DNA of 32,000 bases. It comes from Edaphobacter aggregans (GTDB lineage Bacteria > Acidobacteriota > Terriglobia > Terriglobales > Acidobacteriaceae). The stretch spans positions 870,001 to 902,000 of the forward strand of contig NZ_RSDW01000001.1 in the NCBI RefSeq assembly GCF_003945235.1, given 5' to 3'. Shown in pieces: positions 26,437-32,000 of the stretch. The notes beneath the pieces were generated by a model, which worked only from the letters and a program-made list of their open reading frames with translations, was not told the DNA's origin and made no database searches. Within the stretch, counting starts at the first letter, position 1. Each line of letters starts with the position of its first letter. A program made the translations under genes and the position numbers.

Positions 26437-28583
26437 GCAACCTCCTTCCACTCCGGTGCGCTCTTCGCCTCGAACTCACGATGAATCGTCGTCAGCTTCT
26501 CCTTCACTAGCGCCAGTTCCATCTCGCCCGTCGCATCGTCCTTCTCAAGCAGCGTTCCGCCTGACACATCGAGAACCCTCCGCACCACCATGCCCGTGCG
26601 CCGCACCGCGCTCTTGCGCGAATTCCGGCAAATGAGCACGGTAACCGTTGCCTCTTCGCCGCGCTCTTGCTCGGCTTCAAGCTCCGCCAGCACCCGTCCC
26701 TCATCCCGCAGCGGCAGCAGTTCGCCGCGATACTGTAGCAACGGCCGACCTCCCGCATACTCAATCTGACTCAACGGCACGCTCTCAATCCGCTCCACTA
26801 CATCCAGCGGCAGCGCCGTCCGTTCTCTCGCACGATCCTCAAACACCAGCAGCGAAACCTCAGCCCCTTGCACGACCTTCTCTTCCATCTCGATCTCGTC
26901 CTGCGCCTCCTCGACCGGCTTCACACCCGCGCGAGCCGCCGTAGCACCGATATCCAGAATCAGCGCCAACGTCCCATTGCCAAGCACCGTCGCTCCCGAG
27001 AACAACCCAATCTCCCGCAACACAGCTGACAACGGCTTCACCACAATCTCTTCCGGCGCGAGCAGATCATCCACTACCAGCCCATACCGGCAACCTTCAG
27101 CTTCCAGCACTGCGAGATAAAAACCGTGCGACTCCGCAGCATTCCTCTTCTCCAACTCAAGCAAACGCTCCAGCCAGACAATCGGCAGCAACCTCTCTCG
27201 CAACCGATAGACCTCCGCCGCGCCAACCCGCTCCACCGCTGTCTTCGCATCGCGCTGCGGAACATACACCAGCTCCACCAGAGCACTCTGCGGCAGCGCA
27301 AAACTCTGTCCTCCACTCCTTACCACCAGTGCCGGAACAATCGCAAGCGTCAACGGAACACGCAATCTCAGCGTGGTCCCCATCCCCACCTTCGACTCCA
27401 GCTCTACACTTCCGCCGACTTTCTCCACATTGGCCCGCACAACATCCATGCCAACGCCGCGGCCCGAAACCGTCGTCACCGCCGCCGCTGTTGAGAACCC
27501 AGGCAGAAAAATCAGCTGCAACGCCTCGCGTTCCGTCATCTCCGTCGCCTGCTCAGGCGTCACCAGCCCGCGCTCAACAGCCTTCGCCAGCACGCGCTCC
27601 ATCGCAATGCCCGCGCCGTCATCCGCGACCTCAATCACCACCGATCCGCTCTGATGAAACGCTCTCAGTCGCAGACATCCTTCCGAGGGCTTACCCGCCA
27701 TCACGCGAACTTCAGGCGCTTCAATCCCATGATCCACAGCATTCCGCACCGCATGGGTGAGTGGATCCTTGATCGCCTCTAGAAGACTTTTATCCAGTCC
27801 AGTCTCCTGACCAAAAAATTCCACTCGCACCTCACGCCTGCAAGTCCGCGCCAAATCCCGAACCATCCGCGGAAACTTCCCAAACAGATGTCCCACTGGC
27901 TGCATCCGCGCCTGCATCACGCTCTCGCGCAGATCCGCGGTCACACTATCCAGCCGCCGCGCCAGCTCCGGAAAATTCGAAGCATCCATATTGCTCTGCA
28001 GCATCTGATTCCGAGTCAGCACCAACTCGCCAACCAGATTCATCATCCGGTTCAGCACCTCGACATCGATACGCAGCGTCTTCTCACTAGCAGCCGAACT
28101 CATCGAAGAAGCCGAGGCTTCCACCGGCATCATCTTCGGCCCGCTCACCGCAGCACCAGAACTCACTACAGGAGCAGCATCCTCATTCAGAGCGGCCAGC
28201 ACGGTAATCAGCTCACTGTCTTCATCGCCAATCCGTGTACCCTCGCCACCCGTCTCCTCGATCAGCATCAAAATCTCACGCAGCCGATCCAGCAGACTCA
28301 GCAATCCACTGATCAGCTCCGAGGTCACTGCCAACTTCCCATCGCGCAACGAGCCCAGCAGATGCTCTCCCGCGTGAGCAAGCTTCTCCAGCCGGTCGAA
28401 GCCCAGAAATCCTGTCGTCCCCTTGATCGTATGCACCGCGCGGAAGATCTCTCCCACCAGTTGCTCGCCATCGCCAGGCCGCACCTCAAGCTCAGTCAGG
28501 CACCGTTCCATCCGGTCCAGCCCTTCCTGGCTCTCCGCAATAAACTCTTTAGTCAGGTCGTCCACAACCCTCTTATCGGGCAA
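26433..28583 (-). CDS. cheA: Chemotaxis histidine kinase CheA with two C-terminal CheW-like domains
   Basis: 716 aa. Hpt/P1 domain with AVHTIKGTTGFLGF (His51). Dimerisation helix EKTLRIDVEVLNRMMNLVGELVLTRNQ. HATPase blocks HAVRNAVDHGIE, DDGAGI and GRGVGMD. First CheW-like domain at about aa 412-548, second at about aa 575-700. TTG start per the ORF track; the upstream ATG is followed immediately by a stop. Confidence 0.92.
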   Translation of the reverse strand: MPDKRVVDDLTKEFIAESQEGLDRMERCLTELEVRPGDGEQLVGEIFRAVHTIKGTTGFLGFDRLEKLAHAGEHLLGSLRDGKLAVTSELISGLLSLLDRLREILMLIEETGGEGTRIGDEDSELITVLAALNEDAAPVVSSGAAVSGPKMMPVEASASSMSSAASEKTLRIDVEVLNRMMNLVGELVLTRNQMLQSNMDASNFPELARRLDSVTADLRESVMQARMQPVGHLFGKFPRMVRDLARTCRREVRVEFFGQETGLDKSLLEAIKDPLTHAVRNAVDHGIEAPEVRVMAGKPSEGCLRLRAFHQSGSVVIEVADDGAGIAMERVLAKAVERGLVTPEQATEMTEREALQLIFLPGFSTAAAVTTVSGRGVGMDVVRANVEKVGGSVELESKVGMGTTLRLRVPLTLAIVPALVVRSGGQSFALPQSALVELVYVPQRDAKTAVERVGAAEVYRLRERLLPIVWLERLLELEKRNAAESHGFYLAVLEAEGCRYGLVVDDLLAPEEIVVKPLSAVLREIGLFSGATVLGNGTLALILDIGATAARAGVKPVEEAQDEIEMEEKVVQGAEVSLLVFEDRARERTALPLDVVERIESVPLSQIEYAGGRPLLQYRGELLPLRDEGRVLAELEAEQERGEEATVTVLICRNSRKSAVRRTGMVVRRVLDVSGGTLLEKDDATGEMELALVKEKLTTIHREFEAKSAPEWKEVA

Positions 28584-28652
28584 AGCACCCTAAGCCATTA
28601 GCACCACCCCACTTGCCATCGCTCCCGCACACCCGATAGCCTCACTCTTACC

Positions 28653-29066
28653 ATGTCGTCTCTCACACCAGCTCAGATCGCCGATCTCCACCAGCGCGCC
28701 ATCGCCGTCGCCCATCACGCCTACGCCCCCTACAGCAACTTCCGAGTAGGCGCTGCCCTCCTCCTCGACAACGGAGCCATCCTTACCGGCTGCAACGTCG
28801 AAAACGCCTCCTACCGCCTCACCACCTGCGCCGAGCAATCCGCCATCGCCGCCGCCGTCAGCCAGCATGGCCCAACCATCCGCATCCGCGCCATCGTCAT
28901 CGCCAACCTAAACGACACCGCCAGCCAACCTTGCGGAGCCTGCCGCCAGACCATCCACGAGTTCAGCACGCCCGACACGCAAGTCTTCTTCCCCGCCGAA
29001 GATGGCACTCTCACCTCATCCACCATCGCCGACCTACTCCCCGCAGCATTTCTTCTGAGCAAATGA
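28653..29066 (+). CDS. cdd: Cytidine deaminase (small homotetrameric type)
   Basis: 137 aa. Zinc/catalytic motifs TTCAEQSAI (C-A-E) and PCGACRQ. Confidence 0.92.
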   Translation: MSSLTPAQIADLHQRAIAVAHHAYAPYSNFRVGAALLLDNGAILTGCNVENASYRLTTCAEQSAIAAAVSQHGPTIRIRAIVIANLNDTASQPCGACRQTIHEFSTPDTQVFFPAEDGTLTSSTIADLLPAAFLLSK

Positions 29067-30439
29067 CCCAGACCATCCACCCCATTGACGTCATCATCCA
29101 CAAGCGCGACGGCCTCACCCTCACCGATGCCGAAATCGAAGCCTTCATCCGCGCTATCGTTGACCGCACCCCTGACAACCAACTCGTCACTGACGCCCAA
29201 ATCGCCGCCTTTCTCATGGCCGTCTTCCAACGCGGCCTCTCCCCCCACGAGCTCGCCACCCTCACCTCAGCCATGCGCTACTCCGGCGAGACCTTCGACG
29301 CCACGTCCCTCCACACCTTCACGATCGACAAGCACTCCACCGGAGGCGTCGGCGACAAGACCTCCCTCCTCATTGCCCCCATCCTCGCAGCCGCCGGCCT
29401 CGCCTCGCCCACGCCCGCCGGAGTCCCTGGCATCTGTGTCCCCATGATCAGCGGCCGCTCCCTCGGCCACACCGGTGGCACCCTCGACAAGCTCGAAACC
29501 ATCCCCGGCTTCAACACCCAGCTCAGCCTCACACAACTAGCCGACACCCTAAAAAAATGTGGAGCCGCTCTCATCGGCCAAACTCCACGCATCGTCCCCG
29601 CCGACCGAATCCTCTACGCCCTCCGCGACCACACTGGCACCGTAGAATCCGCCTTCCTCATCACCGCAAGCATCATGAGCAAAAAGCTCGCCGAGTCCCT
29701 CAACGCCCTCGTCCTCGACGTCAAAGTAGGCTCCGGCGCCTTCATGCCCACCTACGAAAGCTCCAAATTCCTCGCCAAACTCATGGTCCAAACCGGCGAA
29801 GCCTCAGGCACGCGAACCGTCGCCCTCCTCACCTCCATGGACGAGCCCCTCGGCCGCTTCTCCGGCAACTGGATCGAAGTCTGGGAGTGCATCGACATCA
29901 TGAAGCAGGACCGGCATCCCATGTCCGCCGACCTCATCGAACTCACCAACATCCTCGCCGGCTGGATGCTTTACCTAGCTGATCATGCCATTACGCCAGA
30001 AGACGGTGCCGTACTCTCTGACGAGTATCTCCGCAGCGGCGAAGCCTACAGCGCATGGCTGAAAATCGTCGCCGCGCAAGGCGGAGACACCTCCCTCTTC
30101 GAAGACCCCGCCACCCACCACAAACCCACCGGCACCCGGACCATCACCGCTCCACAAGACGGTTACCTCACCTCCATGGACTGCAAGCAAGTAGGCTGGG
30201 CCGTCCAGCGCCTCGGAGCAGGCCGCGCTAAACCCGGCGACCCCGTCAGCGCCCACGCCGGCATCGAAATGCATGCCAAACTAGGCGACCGCATCACCGA
30301 AGGACAACCCCTGGTCACCCTCTTCGCAGAAGACCCCACCCTCCTCAACGAACCCGAACACATGCTGCGCGAAACCCTCAAGATCACGCCAATGCTCGCC
30401 CCAAAACAACCTCTCATCCGCGAGGTCGTCACCATGTAG
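29063..30439 (+). CDS. deoA: Thymidine / pyrimidine-nucleoside phosphorylase
   Basis: Family signature HSTGGVGDKTSL, plus SGRSLGHTGGTLDKLE and a C-terminal alpha/beta domain. The true start is taken as the ATG at 29063 (MTQTIHPIDVI...), which overlaps the cdd stop as ATGA. The 44 upstream codons of track ORF 28931.. lie inside cdd in another frame. Confidence 0.92.
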   Translation: MTQTIHPIDVIIHKRDGLTLTDAEIEAFIRAIVDRTPDNQLVTDAQIAAFLMAVFQRGLSPHELATLTSAMRYSGETFDATSLHTFTIDKHSTGGVGDKTSLLIAPILAAAGLASPTPAGVPGICVPMISGRSLGHTGGTLDKLETIPGFNTQLSLTQLADTLKKCGAALIGQTPRIVPADRILYALRDHTGTVESAFLITASIMSKKLAESLNALVLDVKVGSGAFMPTYESSKFLAKLMVQTGEASGTRTVALLTSMDEPLGRFSGNWIEVWECIDIMKQDRHPMSADLIELTNILAGWMLYLADHAITPEDGAVLSDEYLRSGEAYSAWLKIVAAQGGDTSLFEDPATHHKPTGTRTITAPQDGYLTSMDCKQVGWAVQRLGAGRAKPGDPVSAHAGIEMHAKLGDRITEGQPLVTLFAEDPTLLNEPEHMLRETLKITPMLAPKQPLIREVVTM

Positions 30440-30447
30440 CTCAGGGT

Positions 30448-30915
30448 TCAATGACTGGTGATGATCAACTCTCCATAGGTCGTCTCGCACATCCCGTAGA
30501 TCGCTCCAGACACGCACGCACCAGCAGAGTATTTGTAGCACCCAGGCGTCTTTGCCACGACCGTAACATCCTTGGCCGACCCGCCAATGATCGCCCCATC
30601 CGGATCGAATGCGGCTATCGGTCCGACATCAACAAGGAAGCCGGTATTCCTCCCCGTACTTTTCCAGATCACCTTGGTGCCCGGCTTCAGGCAGAATAGC
30701 GAACCACTCTTTGCGTCGGGAATACTTGGTGTAGAGGAAGCCGAATTCCCGGTCCGTTTCACATTCACAGTACACGGCTCCGTAGCAGATCCGCACGTAT
30801 TGCTAGCAGTACAGAGCTGCTCCGGGTGTGCTTCCTTGCAAGCGTACTTGTTCTTCGATTGCGCCATGGCAGATGCAGCCAGAACGAGGGGGAACGCGAA
30901 CACAGCGCACCGCAT
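30448..30915 (-). CDS. Hypothetical exported protein, cysteine-rich (8 Cys in mature part)
   Basis: A signal peptide MRCAVFAFPLVLAASAMA/QS appears if the ATG at 30915 is used; the track start 30951 is GTG. AGGA lies 9 nt upstream of the ATG. I recognise no family. Codon endings are mixed, unlike the neighbouring minus-strand core genes. Confidence 0.6.
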   Translation of the reverse strand: MRCAVFAFPLVLAASAMAQSKNKYACKEAHPEQLCTASNTCGSATEPCTVNVKRTGNSASSTPSIPDAKSGSLFCLKPGTKVIWKSTGRNTGFLVDVGPIAAFDPDGAIIGGSAKDVTVVAKTPGCYKYSAGACVSGAIYGMCETTYGELIITSH

Positions 30916-30927
30916 TGCGAAACATCC

Positions 30928-30939
30928 TTGATTAATCAA
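30928..30939. promoter_or_regulatory. Perfect 12-bp palindrome TTGATTAATCAA just upstream of the preferred start of the Cys-rich orphan gene (possible operator)
   Basis: The sequence is its own reverse complement. It sits 13 nt upstream of ATG 30915 next to the putative SD. A second GATTAAT copy occurs at 30954-30960. Any regulatory role is purely inferred. Confidence 0.25.
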
Positions 30940-31040
30940 AGCGTGCCTCACGAGATTAATTTTTCAAAACGGCCCGCATTGCTGGAATGGCTACCGCCAA
31001 ACGAAGCCCCATAACCTTCGCGCGAACTCAAATCGCCGAA

Positions 31041-31685
31041 CTAGTTCTCACCTTTAGTTCCAGCCCAATCAATAATCCCGCTAAGTCTCCACGCGTTTTG
31101 ACGCAGTTCGATTTGGAGCTGTCCTTCTTTATCGATGACCAACTGAGCTGCCGGATACAAAATGCCCGAACTCTTGCCCTTGTCCTTATCGTTCAGGTCG
31201 AACTCACCCGCCGTCAGGTTGAACGCCTGTGATTGAGAGTCGGCCCATGCTTCGCCAAACCTGATCTGCCGGTTGGTGACGAAGCGGATCTTCCGTCCAG
31301 TCGGAGTCGGAATTTCCCGAATGAAGCTGAGGTCATAACCAAGAGTCCCCGTAATTGCTATCCGACCCACTGCGGGCATCTTGCTCAGAGCATTCACCAA
31401 TCCCTGATTTTGGCCTTTCATGTAGGCCTCCACCAGAGCTTGCCGGCTCTCCTCTGTCGAAAATTCGAAAATCATGACCTTAATTCCGATGTTCTGGCCC
31501 ATCTGTGTACTGGTGCCGAATGCCTGGGCTTCAATCGTTTCGTATTTATCTCTCGCGAAACCCGTAGTAGCCGCGATCGATAGTAGAACCACAACCAACA
31601 CGCCCTTTGCCGTAAGCAATAGAAGTTTTGCCGCTCTGGTCATATTTCGCTCCAGTCTCGCGGTGTTGGCCCTCACCGAAATCAT
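31041..31685 (-). CDS. Hypothetical exported/membrane-anchored protein
   Basis: 214-aa ORF with ATG at 31685 and an alternative ATG at 31643 (MTRAAKLLLL...). Hydrophobic N-terminal segment LLLLTAKGVLVVVLLSIAATTGFA. The remainder looks soluble. No family recognised. Confidence 0.6.
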   Translation of the reverse strand: MISVRANTARLERNMTRAAKLLLLTAKGVLVVVLLSIAATTGFARDKYETIEAQAFGTSTQMGQNIGIKVMIFEFSTEESRQALVEAYMKGQNQGLVNALSKMPAVGRIAITGTLGYDLSFIREIPTPTGRKIRFVTNRQIRFGEAWADSQSQAFNLTAGEFDLNDKDKGKSSGILYPAAQLVIDKEGQLQIELRQNAWRLSGIIDWAGTKGEN

Positions 31686-31871
31686 TCCATTTTCTGGGGA
31701 GGATTATAGGCTTCTCAATCCAATCGCGAACAATCAGAGCCATTAGTTTCGAGTAAACGACGGATGAACAACGTCGGCCCTGAAAATTCCATTGCACAGG
31801 ACCATCCATCCACGGCGTCAACTATTCCCTGCCCTTCTATAGAAGGCTCAAAGCATACAACTAAGGGGTGC

Positions 31872-31901
31872 CCCACATCTCGATTCAGAGATGTGGGTTT
31901 T
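31872..31901 (+). terminator. GC-rich hairpin followed by TTTT on the + strand (intrinsic-terminator-like)
   Basis: Stem CCCACATCTC (31872-31881) pairs with GAGATGTGGG (31888-31897). Loop GATTCA, then TTTT (31898-31901). Polarity is odd because both flanking genes are on the minus strand (see findings). Confidence 0.4.
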
Positions 31902-31922
31902 CCAAGACGCCGAATAACGCCA

Positions 31923-32000
31923 CTAAGGCGTAGTCATCTTCAGATTCGTCACTACCGCATCCGTATTGTGCGCGAACCGAAGCCCGTACACACCATCGGT
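31923..32000 (-). CDS. 3' end of an unidentified gene running in from the right window edge (...TDGVYGLRFAHNTDAVVTNLKMTTP*)
   Basis: The frame is open from the window edge to TAG (complement of 31923-31925). It has 25 codons, mostly G-ending like the other minus-strand core genes. It is too short to identify, and a second minus-strand frame is also open here, so confidence is low. Confidence 0.3.
   Translation of the reverse strand, partial: TDGVYGLRFAHNTDAVVTNLKMTTP

Noticed and set aside
28931-29062. N-terminal 44-codon extension of the deoA ORF in the track (MRSLPPDHPR...).
   Set aside because: It lies inside cdd in another frame and is R/H/P-rich. Family-typical sequence begins at MTQTIHPIDVI (ATG 29063), which is coupled to the cdd stop by ATGA.
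30928-30939. TTGATTAATCAA considered as a Fur/Zur/PerR-type box.
   Set aside because: It does not fit the GATAATGATAATCATTATC-type consensus or other boxes I can recall. It is only a 12-bp dyad of unknown meaning and is kept as a low-confidence feature.
1-32000. Scan for CRISPR repeats, IS ends/transposases, integrases, phage genes, toxin-antitoxin pairs, restriction-modification or other defence-system genes, rRNA, and additional tRNAs.
   Set aside because: None were found by eye. All long ORFs with credible composition are accounted for by the calls above, and no regularly spaced direct repeats were seen.

Overview
This is a 32-kb chromosomal window of roughly 50-62% GC by eye. Gene content and protein style suggest, as an inference only, an Acidobacteriota/Terriglobia-like soil bacterium. 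Left to right the window contains: the 3' part of an unknown gene (+); a minus-strand accessory string of a giant CarboxypepD_reg-type TonB-dependent receptor, a GH92 alpha-mannosidase, an MFS transporter and a fused HyuA/HyuB hydantoinase/5-oxoprolinase-family enzyme; tRNA-Ser(UGA) (-); a ~520-bp non-coding zone with a palindrome cluster; proS and a class A PBP (+); a 10.7-kb co-directional minus-strand string cheA-cheW-cheY-cheB-cheR-lhr-nei; cdd-deoA (+); two orphan exported proteins; and the 3' tip of another gene (-). I saw no CRISPR array, IS/transposase, integrase, prophage, toxin-antitoxin or recognisable defence genes. I cannot honestly point to a clear novel multi-gene system. The strongest signal not explained by the gene calls is compositional. 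Between 13.3 and 30.4 kb the + strand is strongly C-rich through genes of both orientations. This gives two codon dialects that segregate by strand and produces many long spurious antisense ORFs. The regime stops abruptly at the tRNA-Ser/proS gap and again after deoA. Other second-look items are an MCP-less che cluster whose CheA has tandem CheW-like domains and which runs into lhr-nei, MinD-MTS-like motifs in the PBP tail, and palindromes at the composition break.
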